Source: a virus. Taken from it: DNA of 64,000 nt. The notes beneath the pieces are model-generated. The model was given only the letters and a program-made list of their open reading frames with translations. It had not been told where the DNA came from and searched no databases. This document shows, piece after piece, positions 52,865 to 61,326 of this stretch (positions are counted from its first letter, which is position 1; every line of letters begins with the position of its first letter). The stretch lies in the IMG/VR virus record IMGVR_UViG_3300044616_001452, one strand, 5' to 3'. Made by a program: the position numbers and the translations under genes.

Positions 52865-53407
52865 ATGGCTTTTAATGTAGCAGAGTTCAGAGCAAATCTT
52901 GTAGGAGATGGTGCTCGTCCAAATCTGTTCCAAGTCACAATGACTTTTCCAACATTTAGTACAGAGGCCGCATCTTCTGCACAAGCACTGACATTTTTAT
53001 GTAAGAGCGCACAGTTGCCAGGTTCAACACTTGGCACTGTACCACTGTTCTACTTTGGGCGCGAATTGAAATTTGCTGGAAATAGAAATTTTGCTGACTG
53101 GACGATTACAATAATCAACGATGAAAACTTTAAAGTTCGTAAAGCTTTTGAATCTTGGATGAACGGTATTAATTCACATACAACTAATTTGAGAAACGGA
53201 GTTGCAGGAACACCAGCAGGTTATTCTGTCGATGCGAAAGTAAATCAGTATGATAAAGGTGGAAATATTATTAAAGCATATAACTTTGTAGGTGCATTCC
53301 CTGTTGACTTAGCACCAATTGATCTTGACTGGGGTTCGAATGATGCAATCGAAGAATTTTCGGTGACCCTAGCATATCAGTGGTGGGAATCGGATACTAC
53401 TTCTTAA
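52865..53407 (+). CDS. gp19: Tail tube protein gp19
   Basis: GARPNLFQV, FLCKSAQLPGS, GRELKFAGNRNFADWTITIIND, IEEFSVTLAYQWW. Confidence 0.96.
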   Translation: MAFNVAEFRANLVGDGARPNLFQVTMTFPTFSTEAASSAQALTFLCKSAQLPGSTLGTVPLFYFGRELKFAGNRNFADWTITIINDENFKVRKAFESWMNGINSHTTNLRNGVAGTPAGYSVDAKVNQYDKGGNIIKAYNFVGAFPVDLAPIDLDWGSNDAIEEFSVTLAYQWWESDTTS

Positions 53408-53411
53408 TATA

Positions 53412-53438
53412 GAGGGGCTTATGCTCCTCATTATGTTT
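53412..53438 (+). terminator. Hairpin after gp19 (possible weak terminator)
   Basis: GAGGGGC-TTAT-GCTCCTC stem with one G:U pair and a weak T tract. Confidence 0.5.
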
Positions 53439-53461
53439 AATTTGAAAAGAAAGAGAAATCA

Positions 53462-55153
53462 ATGGCTTTGAACTTGTTCGGCTTTCAAATCTCAAGACAA
53501 AAGACTGAAGTACAACAACAGTCTGAGAAAACTTTTGCCGTCCCATCTAATGAGGACGGTGCATTAACTATTTCTGCCGCAGCATATTATGGCACGTATG
53601 TTGATTTAGACGGTACAGCAAAAAACGAGGTCGAATTAATTTCTCGTTATCGAGAAATGGCAATGCAGCCAGAAATCGAATCGGCGATTGATGATATTGT
53701 CAACGAAGCAATTGTTCAAAACGACAATGGGCAATCGATTCGAATTATTATGGACGATCTAAAGCAACCAGACAGAATCAAAAAAGCCATCGAAGAAGAA
53801 TTCAAAATTATATTAAGAGTATTGAATTATAATAACATGGCCACGGATATTTTCCGTAGATTCTATGTTGATGGTAGATTGTTCTATCACATCATTATAG
53901 ACCAAGAAAATCCACAGTCTGGTATTAAAGCACTTAGATATATTGATCCAAGAAAAATACGAAAAGTTCGTGAAGTTAAAAAAGAAAAAGATAAATCAAC
54001 AGCAGCGGATGTGGTAACAACTGTAAATGAATATTACATTTACAATGACAAAGTAGTTTCAGGCACTTCATCCAGTTATGGACCTGTAGGCGTTCGTATT
54101 GCAAAAGACTCTATCATCAATATCAATTCAGGATTGATGGATTCTCGTCGTGCAGTTGTGCTTTCATATCTTCATAAGGCAATCAAACCACTCAATCAGT
54201 TACGTATGATTGAAGATGCTACAGTAATTTACCGTATATCAAGAGCACCAGAACGTAGAATTTTCTATATCGATGTAGGCAATTTGCCTAAGTTAAAGGC
54301 TGAACAATACCTACGCGACATTATGGTCAAGTATAAAAATAAACTTGTCTATGATGCTCAGACAGGTGAGGTCCGTGATGATAGAAAATTCCTGTCAATG
54401 ATGGAAGATTTCTGGTTACCTCGCCGAGAAGGCGGTAAAGGTACAGAAATTACAACATTACCTGGTGGGCAGAATCTAGGTGAACTAGAAGACGTTAAAT
54501 ACTTTGAAAAGAAATTGTACAAAGCATTAAATGTTCCAGTGTCACGTTTAGATCCAAATCAAACTGGGTTTTCACTTGGCAGAGTTGGTGAAATTACACG
54601 TGATGAAGTAAAGTTTTCAAAGTTTGTTGATCGCCAAAGACAAAAGTTTGCAGAAGTTTTCGATCAAGCACTGCGTGTGCAATGTGTACTAAAAGGTATT
54701 TGTACATCTGATGAGTTCGACGAATTTAAAGAGTACATATACTACGATTTCTTAAAAGACAATAATTTTGCCGAATTAAAAGAAGCAGAATTGGTAAGAG
54801 AACGTCTGTCACTTCTTGGTTCCGTAGACCCATATGTCGGGCGCTATTATTCGATGGAGTGGATACAAAGAAATGTATTGAGAATGACGGATGAAGATAT
54901 CAAAGAAATGCGTGAACAAATTGATGATGAAAAAGAAGCAGGATTAATTTTAGATCCAATGCAAATAGCACAGCAGGGTCAAGCAGAATTAGCTGCTGAT
55001 GCGGCCGATGCAAAAACTGGAAATGCTCCAACATCTCCTGCAATTTCAAATGCTTCACCAGTATCCGGAGATACAGCAGATAATAAACCAATAAAAGGTG
55101 ATTTGAGTTTGAAAGAATCTCTCGCATTGCGTATGCTGAAAAGAGTGGTATAA
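53462..55153 (+). CDS. gp20: Portal protein gp20
   Basis: YLHKAIKPLNQLRMIEDATVIYRISRAPERRIFYIDVGNLPK; EDFWLPRREGGKGTEITTLPGGQNLG. Confidence 0.97.
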   Translation: MALNLFGFQISRQKTEVQQQSEKTFAVPSNEDGALTISAAAYYGTYVDLDGTAKNEVELISRYREMAMQPEIESAIDDIVNEAIVQNDNGQSIRIIMDDLKQPDRIKKAIEEEFKIILRVLNYNNMATDIFRRFYVDGRLFYHIIIDQENPQSGIKALRYIDPRKIRKVREVKKEKDKSTAADVVTTVNEYYIYNDKVVSGTSSSYGPVGVRIAKDSIININSGLMDSRRAVVLSYLHKAIKPLNQLRMIEDATVIYRISRAPERRIFYIDVGNLPKLKAEQYLRDIMVKYKNKLVYDAQTGEVRDDRKFLSMMEDFWLPRREGGKGTEITTLPGGQNLGELEDVKYFEKKLYKALNVPVSRLDPNQTGFSLGRVGEITRDEVKFSKFVDRQRQKFAEVFDQALRVQCVLKGICTSDEFDEFKEYIYYDFLKDNNFAELKEAELVRERLSLLGSVDPYVGRYYSMEWIQRNVLRMTDEDIKEMREQIDDEKEAGLILDPMQIAQQGQAELAADAADAKTGNAPTSPAISNASPVSGDTADNKPIKGDLSLKESLALRMLKRVV

Positions 55154-55156
55154 ATA
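55149..55156 (+). promoter_or_regulatory. T4 late promoter TATAAATA
   Basis: Perfect consensus upstream of the prohead core genes. Confidence 0.8.
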
Positions 55157-55181
55157 ATTTATATTTAATGGAGAAAAAATA

Positions 55182-55439
55182 ATGCCAGATGAAAATATTC
55201 AAGCAGTGGTTGACAACGCTCTCGTCGATAACGCCACAGAAATGAGAGCTGCGTTTTATAATGCAATCAATGATAAAATTTTTGACGCTCTAGAACAACG
55301 TAAACAAGAGATGGCAAGAAACTTTATTTCTCAATATGATTCCGATAATGAAGAAGAATCAGAAGAACAAGAAGAAGATTCTGCTGAAGAAGGGCAAGAA
55401 GAACAAAATACGGAAGATTCAGAAGAAACGCAGCAATGA
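55182..55439 (+). CDS. gp67: Acidic prohead core protein (gp67-like)
   Basis: Small protein with an E/D-rich tail, directly after the portal gene. Confidence 0.65.
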   Translation: MPDENIQAVVDNALVDNATEMRAAFYNAINDKIFDALEQRKQEMARNFISQYDSDNEEESEEQEEDSAEEGQEEQNTEDSEETQQ

Positions 55440-56143
55440 AAAGATTAAAAGACTTTCTTCAAACAAAGATTGACGAAGATGGTTCTCCTGATGTAGACGG
55501 AGATGGTTGGCTTTCACCATCAGAATTACATCAGCATTTAGATATTCAGAAAAGAGGAAAAGTCGATCTTGGTGATTATGCTGCGCATGTAATGTTTCAT
55601 GCTCACCACCCAGAATACCTTGCACCATATGTCGCATCATTTAATGATGTGCAAAAAAGGCACGCTGAAGGTCAACACATGTGTGACCACGATCCGGTCT
55701 TCAAAAAATTAATCAACAAGGATTCTTTGGTTGCAACAAATTATCCTGTATATGAAGGAAGAGAAGCTGGGCATTCCGAGCAAGATCCTCCAGCGGTTTT
55801 AATTATGAGAAGAAAATCTATTCGTTTATTCCCGAATGGGCAAAAAGTTGCTTTGTATTACGTTGATAAAATTAACAAGTATGTCACTGTGCCATATGAC
55901 GGTATTATGCAACTGTCTACCGAAGAAACGATATTAGATAAAATTAAAATTGTTGCAGAACAAAAACAAAAAATGGTTGTTGAACATTTAGATGGTTCAA
56001 CATCCGAAATCACTCCAGAAATAGCAAACAATATAATGGCTGTTTATAAAAAAATCAATGAGGCAAACAAAGAAAAAATGGCCGATATGCTAGAAGCTAG
56101 TGCAAAACATTTTCAAACTATAGTTAAGTTTTCCAAGGAATAA
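55436..56143 (+). CDS. Prohead-cluster protein with EF-hand-like motifs
   Basis: DVDGDGWLSPSE loop; C-terminal DPPAVLIMRRKSIRLFPNGQKVALYY domain. Confidence 0.6.
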   Translation: MKRLKDFLQTKIDEDGSPDVDGDGWLSPSELHQHLDIQKRGKVDLGDYAAHVMFHAHHPEYLAPYVASFNDVQKRHAEGQHMCDHDPVFKKLINKDSLVATNYPVYEGREAGHSEQDPPAVLIMRRKSIRLFPNGQKVALYYVDKINKYVTVPYDGIMQLSTEETILDKIKIVAEQKQKMVVEHLDGSTSEITPEIANNIMAVYKKINEANKEKMADMLEASAKHFQTIVKFSKE

Positions 56144-56145
56144 AA

Positions 56146-56691
56146 ATGGCAAACAAATTCTCATATCAAGTTTTAAAAGACGATACGCAACACGCCGTTA
56201 TTAAACTTACGGCAGATTTCGATGGATCAGGGCAAGAAGATAATGTTGCAAGAATTAAAGCTAATTCTTTATATGGTGCATTGGCAACAAACGGATTCCC
56301 TGTTGCAAACGTCTGGGGCGGTTCTGCTAACACTACTCTATCGTATTACGGTTTAACCGTAAATAGAATTTGGTATGACACATACGGCACTGGTGGTACA
56401 GTTCAACTATATTGGTCAAACACAGAATTTCAAACAGCAAACAGTGGTGTGCCACTTTTCTTCTTACATGGAAATGGAGAATATGATGGCGAGGGCAATT
56501 GGATTACAGTAAAAAATACTTCAGTTGGAGAAAACAATAACGGTGATATAGGAATTTATACTAAAGGTCAAATTGCAAATTCTAGCTATAGCATTGTTAT
56601 TGAACTGAGAAAAGATAATACTTATTATCAGCGCGGGCAATTTAATGATCCTGCTGCATTTAACTATGGTGCATTTTCACTTAAACCATAA
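56146..56691 (+). CDS. Hypothetical head-cluster structural protein
   Basis: 181-aa beta-rich ORF with an AAGGA RBS. Confidence 0.6.
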   Translation: MANKFSYQVLKDDTQHAVIKLTADFDGSGQEDNVARIKANSLYGALATNGFPVANVWGGSANTTLSYYGLTVNRIWYDTYGTGGTVQLYWSNTEFQTANSGVPLFFLHGNGEYDGEGNWITVKNTSVGENNNGDIGIYTKGQIANSSYSIVIELRKDNTYYQRGQFNDPAAFNYGAFSLKP

Positions 56692-57014
56692 TGTCAATAA
56701 TTAAAGAAAGAATTGAGCGTTTATTTGAAAAGAAGTTGCTCGAATTAAATGAGGGCAACGTACAAAAATTTGGTAGAACAAAATTAGTAAAAGTGAGAGT
56801 ACGAGGCGGTAAGGTACAAAGAAGAAGAAAGTTTTCTAGCGTTCCAGGTTATACAATTAGAGGTGGCAGACTTGTTAGAATGTCACCTCAAGAAAGACGA
56901 AGAAGAAAGATGGGTGCTAGAAAAGCTAAGATTAAACGTAAAGGCAAATTAAACACAATTCTTCGTAAAAGAAGAATGTCACTTAGAAGAAGGGCGTCTT
57001 TGGGGGTAAGATGA
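56691..57014 (+). CDS. gp68: Basic prohead core protein (gp68-like)
   Basis: Extremely R/K-rich; immediately before gp21. Confidence 0.65.
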   Translation: MSIIKERIERLFEKKLLELNEGNVQKFGRTKLVKVRVRGGKVQRRRKFSSVPGYTIRGGRLVRMSPQERRRRKMGARKAKIKRKGKLNTILRKRRMSLRRRASLGVR

Positions 57015-57655
57015 AATTAATAAAAGAAATCACAGAATCGGTACAATACCTTACAGAAGAAAAGGACGGAAAGAAGTCACTTTTTATTGAAGGTCCTTTC
57101 CTTGTAGCCGAGAGACAAAATAAAAATAAACGCCTCTACGAATACAATACTTTGAAAAAAGAAGTAGATCGTTATACCCAAGAATATATCAATAAGAATC
57201 GAGCTTTTGGTGAATTAGGGCATCCTGATTCACCAACTATTAATCTGGATCGCGTATCACATATGGTTACCGGTTTGAGAGAAGATGGTACGCAATGGGT
57301 TGGTAAAGCAAAGATTCTCGATACACCAATGGGTAACATTGCAAGAAATCTAATCGAAGGTGGAGCTATGCTAGGAGTTTCATCAAGAGGTATGGGTTCT
57401 CTTAAAATGGTCAACGGTGTCAATGTTGTACAACCCGATTTTTATCTAGCCACAGCGGCAGATATTGTGGCCGACCCTTCTGCACCAGGTGCATTTGTGC
57501 AGGGAATTATGGAAGGCAAAGAATGGATGTTAGTAGAGGGTAAATGGACTGAAGTTCATCTTCAAGAGGCAACGAAAGAAATTCGTAAGGCTTCGAGAAA
57601 ACAAATTGAACAAGTAAGTTTACAAATATTCGAAAACTTCATTAAAAAATTATAA
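57011..57655 (+). CDS. gp21: Prohead protease gp21
   Basis: AFGELGHPD, ILDTPMG, GVSSRGMGSL, ADIVADPSAPGAFV. Confidence 0.96.
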   Translation: MKLIKEITESVQYLTEEKDGKKSLFIEGPFLVAERQNKNKRLYEYNTLKKEVDRYTQEYINKNRAFGELGHPDSPTINLDRVSHMVTGLREDGTQWVGKAKILDTPMGNIARNLIEGGAMLGVSSRGMGSLKMVNGVNVVQPDFYLATAADIVADPSAPGAFVQGIMEGKEWMLVEGKWTEVHLQEATKEIRKASRKQIEQVSLQIFENFIKKL

Positions 57656-57658
57656 TAT

Positions 57659-57666
57659 TATAAATA
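57659..57666 (+). promoter_or_regulatory. T4 late promoter TATAAATA for gp22
   Basis: Perfect consensus; AGGAG RBS downstream. Confidence 0.8.
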
Positions 57667-57694
57667 TTCCACATATAACCAAGGAGATTTCCAA

Positions 57695-58891
57695 ATGGGT
57701 AAGAAGTTCAATTTATCTGAAGCTGCCGCTGAAATTCTAAACAAAAGTATCAGCACAGCTAAAAAAGATGCGCCAGGCCGTCTGCCAACCTCAGTCGTTT
57801 CTGGTCAAAAAGAAGTAGGTGACATTGGCACCGAAGTTACAAAAACTACAGATGGTGGTCCAGATGCAACTAAAGGTGTTCCAACAGCAACACCTCCAGG
57901 TGCAACACCTCCAGTTGGTGCTGAGCCAATGAAAAAACTAAAAGGTCAACCTGCTGAACAAGGTTCCGTTGAAAGCCCAGAAGGAAAATCAGGGCGTCAA
58001 ATGATGGACAAAAACAAAGGTGCCACATTTCAATCGTATGGTGGGCAGCACGAAGAAGTTGATGCTGATGAAGAAGATATGATTGAAGAAGAAAAAGAAG
58101 AAGGACATGAAGATGAGAAAGAAGATAAGAAGCTCATGAAAAAAATGGTCAAAAAAGATAGCATGAAAGAAGATATTGATGCGCTTATGCAAGGTGAAGA
58201 CTTGTCTGAAGAATTCGTTCAAAAAGCAACAACAATTTTTGAAGCAGCGGTTATGTCTCGCGTACAGGAAATTGTTGAAGAAATGGAAACAGAATATGAA
58301 GAACAATTCGATTCTGCTCTTACCGAACTCAGAGAAGATTTTGCAACAAAGATTGATGACTATCTGAACTATATGGTTCAAGAATGGATGGAAGAAAATC
58401 AACTTGCCATCGAATCTGGGCTTCGTTCAGAAATCGTAGAAGACTTTATCGTTGGTCTACGCAACCTGTTTGCTGAACACTACATTGACATTCCAGAGGA
58501 AAAAGTTGATGCAGTGGAAGAACTTGCTGGTAAAGTTGAAGAATTGGAAGAAGAACTTAACGAACAGATTCAACGTTCTGTTGAGCTTTCCAAAACAATT
58601 AATGAATACAAAAAAATTCAGGCCGTGCAAGCAGTTTGCGAAGGCCTAACGCAGACTCAGGTAGAGAAACTTAAATCACTCGCAGAGAGTGTCGAGTTCA
58701 CTTCTGAGGAAGATTTCACCGAAAAGCTTAATACGCTGAAAGAAGCATATGCTCCTTCAACAGTTAAAGCTGGTGAAAAGTCTGCCCTAGAAGAAGGCGT
58801 TGAAGTACCAGAAGACAAACCAACAAAGTTGTCATCTGACCCACTCGTAGACGCTGTAGCAAAAACAATCTCAAAATCGGTATTAAAATAA
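57695..58891 (+). CDS. gp22: Prohead scaffold protein gp22
   Basis: LSEEFVQKATTIFEAAV, DDYLNYMVQEWMEENQLAIESGLRSEI. Confidence 0.93.
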   Translation: MGKKFNLSEAAAEILNKSISTAKKDAPGRLPTSVVSGQKEVGDIGTEVTKTTDGGPDATKGVPTATPPGATPPVGAEPMKKLKGQPAEQGSVESPEGKSGRQMMDKNKGATFQSYGGQHEEVDADEEDMIEEEKEEGHEDEKEDKKLMKKMVKKDSMKEDIDALMQGEDLSEEFVQKATTIFEAAVMSRVQEIVEEMETEYEEQFDSALTELREDFATKIDDYLNYMVQEWMEENQLAIESGLRSEIVEDFIVGLRNLFAEHYIDIPEEKVDAVEELAGKVEELEEELNEQIQRSVELSKTINEYKKIQAVQAVCEGLTQTQVEKLKSLAESVEFTSEEDFTEKLNTLKEAYAPSTVKAGEKSALEEGVEVPEDKPTKLSSDPLVDAVAKTISKSVLK

Positions 58892-58894
58892 ATA
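58887..58894 (+). promoter_or_regulatory. Late promoter variant (AATAAATA) for gp23
   Basis: At the gp22 stop codon, before an AGGAG RBS. Confidence 0.6.
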
Positions 58895-58924
58895 ATACCA
58901 TAATTAACACATAGGAGTATTTAA

Positions 58925-60274
58925 ATGTACCTATCTGAAGAAATTCAATCAAAATGGAAACCAGTTCTTGAGCATCCAGAGCTGGAAGCAATTAAGGATC
59001 CATATCGTAAAGCCGTCACTGCAATGGTTCTTGAGAACCAGTCACAGGCAATGGCATCTGATCGCGCTCAAATGGGCATGCTTACAGAAACAACAAGCGT
59101 AGGACCAACAAACGTTACTGGTTCTGGCGTTCAGAACTTTGACCCTATTCTTATTAGCCTGGTTCGCCGTGCGCTTCCTAACCTGATCGCTTATGACGTT
59201 GCTGGCGTTCAGCCAATGACAGGTCCCACTGGTCTTATTTTTGCAATGCGCGCACGTTATGGTCAGAACATGACTTCTGGTTCAGAAGCCTTCTTCAATG
59301 AAGCTAATACACAGTTCTCTGGTATCGGTTCAGATACAAACCGTTTCGGTTTCGCCAACAACACAACTGGTGACACAATCACCAATCCAGTTGGTAACGG
59401 TTTTACAACTGCTAATACCTTCACAACTGGTATCGGTATGCCAACTGCTACTGCTGAATTCTTGGGTTCTGAAAGCAACACAGCATTTGGTCAAATGGCA
59501 TTCTCAATTGAGAAAGTTACTGTTACTGCACAAAGCCGTGCGCTGAAAGCTGAATACTCACTAGAACTTGCACAAGACCTGAAAGCAATTCACGGGCTTG
59601 ATGCTGAGACAGAACTTTCAAACATTCTGTCAACAGAAATTCTTGCTGAGATCAACCGTGAAGTTATCCGTACAATCTACACTGTTGCTAAGAACGGTGC
59701 TCAGTATGGTACGACAACCGCTGGTGTATTTGACCTTGACACAGATTCAAATGGTCGTTGGTCAGTTGAGCGTTTCAAAGGTCTGATTTTCCAGATCGAA
59801 CGTGATGCTAACGTTATTGCTAAAGAAACTCGTCGTGGTAAAGGTAACGTTCTGATCGTTTCTTCAGACGTTGCTTCTGCAATGGCCATGGCTGGTGTTC
59901 TTCAGTACACACCTGCTCTGTCAGCCGATCTACAAGTTGATGACACTGGTAACACTTTTGCAGGTCTTCTGCATGGTCGTATCAAGGTTTACATCGATCC
60001 ATACTTCGGTGGCTATACAAGCAATCAAGAGCTTGTTACAATCGGTTATAAGGGTTCTTCACCTTATGACGCTGGTCTGTTCTACTGCCCATACGTTCCT
60101 CTCCAGATGGTTCGTGCGGTTGATCAGTATACCTTCCAGCCAAAGATTGGTTTCAAGACTCGTTACGGCATGGTAGCAAACCCATTTGCTGGTGGTCCTA
60201 ACGCTGATCTGGGTCAGTTGTACTCTAAGCGTAACACATACTACCGCATCTTCCGTGTTGCTAACCTGATGTAA
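58925..60274 (+). CDS. gp23: Major capsid protein gp23
   Basis: GVQPMTGPTGLIFAMR, SRALKAEYSLELAQDLKAIHGLDAETEL, FQPKIGFKTRYG. Confidence 0.98.
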   Translation: MYLSEEIQSKWKPVLEHPELEAIKDPYRKAVTAMVLENQSQAMASDRAQMGMLTETTSVGPTNVTGSGVQNFDPILISLVRRALPNLIAYDVAGVQPMTGPTGLIFAMRARYGQNMTSGSEAFFNEANTQFSGIGSDTNRFGFANNTTGDTITNPVGNGFTTANTFTTGIGMPTATAEFLGSESNTAFGQMAFSIEKVTVTAQSRALKAEYSLELAQDLKAIHGLDAETELSNILSTEILAEINREVIRTIYTVAKNGAQYGTTTAGVFDLDTDSNGRWSVERFKGLIFQIERDANVIAKETRRGKGNVLIVSSDVASAMAMAGVLQYTPALSADLQVDDTGNTFAGLLHGRIKVYIDPYFGGYTSNQELVTIGYKGSSPYDAGLFYCPYVPLQMVRAVDQYTFQPKIGFKTRYGMVANPFAGGPNADLGQLYSKRNTYYRIFRVANLM

Positions 60275-60313
60275 TAGTAGTATCGATAAAACCACCGTTA
60301 AGAGTGGTCTTTC

Positions 60314-60341
60314 AGAGGAGCCTTCGGGCTCCTCTTTTTTT
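60314..60341 (+). terminator. Rho-independent terminator with C(UUCG)G tetraloop after gp23
   Basis: AGAGGAGCC-TTCG-GGCTCCTCT followed by a T run. Confidence 0.92.
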
Positions 60342-60344
60342 ATT

Positions 60345-60352
60345 CCTAAATA
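60345..60352 (+). promoter_or_regulatory. Late promoter variant (CCTAAATA) for gp3
   Basis: Directly after the terminator, before an AGGAGG RBS. Confidence 0.55.
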
Positions 60353-60370
60353 GTAGATAAGGAGGAAACT

Positions 60371-60853
60371 ATGAGTGGGCTAATCACAAAACCTAAGAAT
60401 ACTAATCTATTACAACCTACCAAATATTCTGTTAGTTTTCCAGAAATTTCAGATACGATTTATTTTTGCCAAAAAGTAAATTTACCTGGTGTTCAAGTCA
60501 GTGAATTACCACATGTAACTCCTAATCTCGATCTTTTTGTAGCTGGTACCAAAATCACATATGGTTCTTTTGATATAGAATTTTTGGTAAATGAGGATTT
60601 GACCTCGTGGCTGTATATTCATAATTGGATAAAAGGTATTACGACAGACATGAACTATCGATCATTTCCAAAAGTTCAAGCCATATTAACCATTTATTCT
60701 AATCAAAACAATCCAAAATTCAGAATAAAATATAATGATATTTTTCCATTAAATTTGGGGGACATAGAATTCGATACCACTTTATCGGCTGAAGACCATC
60801 TAATATCTAGTGCATCTTTCCGTTTTAATTATTTTGACATTGAAAGACTTTAA
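60371..60853 (+). CDS. gp3: Tail completion protein gp3
   Basis: NLLQPTKY, YFCQKVNLPG, FLVNEDL..IHNWI, FPLNLGDIEFD. Confidence 0.85.
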   Translation: MSGLITKPKNTNLLQPTKYSVSFPEISDTIYFCQKVNLPGVQVSELPHVTPNLDLFVAGTKITYGSFDIEFLVNEDLTSWLYIHNWIKGITTDMNYRSFPKVQAILTIYSNQNNPKFRIKYNDIFPLNLGDIEFDTTLSAEDHLISSASFRFNYFDIERL

Positions 60854-60862
60854 TGTTAAAAT
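60834..60862 (+). promoter_or_regulatory. Sigma70-type early/middle promoter for uvsY-uvsW
   Basis: TTGACA (60834-39), 17-nt spacer, TAAAAT (60857-62) with an extended -10 TG. Confidence 0.75.
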
Positions 60863-60885
60863 AAAGGTTTATAAATGGATTAGTC

Positions 60886-61326
60886 ATGGAAAATCTTGAA
60901 CAAATTATGAAGTTGTGGGAAGAAGACTCTATCATTGACTCGACTGAACCTGGTAAAGAACTTCTTAAAATACCAACTCTGCACAATAAGTATTTGAAAA
61001 TATTAGTGAAACATAGAATCTCAAATAAAAAACTTAATTTTGATTATTCTAGGCAAAGAAAGATCAAAGAAGAATACTACAATGGTAGTCTGTCTCAAGA
61101 AGAACTAGAAGAATATGGCTGGGAACCTTTTCTTCTTAACATTAAAACGAAGCAAGGCATAGAACGATATATAGATTCAGACAAAGATTTAATTAGATTA
61201 CTAGAAAAAAAGATGCATCATGAAGAATGCATTTCAGTATGCGAATCTATTCTTCAAGAATTGAAAAGTAGAACTTATCAACTAAGAGATTATATTTCAT
61301 GGGAAAGATTTATAGGTGGAAACTAA
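60886..61326 (+). CDS. uvsY: Recombination mediator UvsY
   Basis: WEEDSIID..KIPTLHNKYL..EYYNG..YIDSDKDL..R.YQLRDYISWERF. Confidence 0.9.
   Translation: MENLEQIMKLWEEDSIIDSTEPGKELLKIPTLHNKYLKILVKHRISNKKLNFDYSRQRKIKEEYYNGSLSQEELEEYGWEPFLLNIKTKQGIERYIDSDKDLIRLLEKKMHHEECISVCESILQELKSRTYQLRDYISWERFIGGN

Noticed and set aside
49186-60274. Introns, inteins or homing endonucleases in terminase, portal or capsid genes
   Set aside because: The ORFs are continuous, of normal length, and lack intein/HNH/GIY-YIG motifs.
60291-60308. Small hairpin ACCAC-N8-GTGGT upstream of the gp23 terminator
   Set aside because: A 5-bp stem is too weak to support a call on its own.
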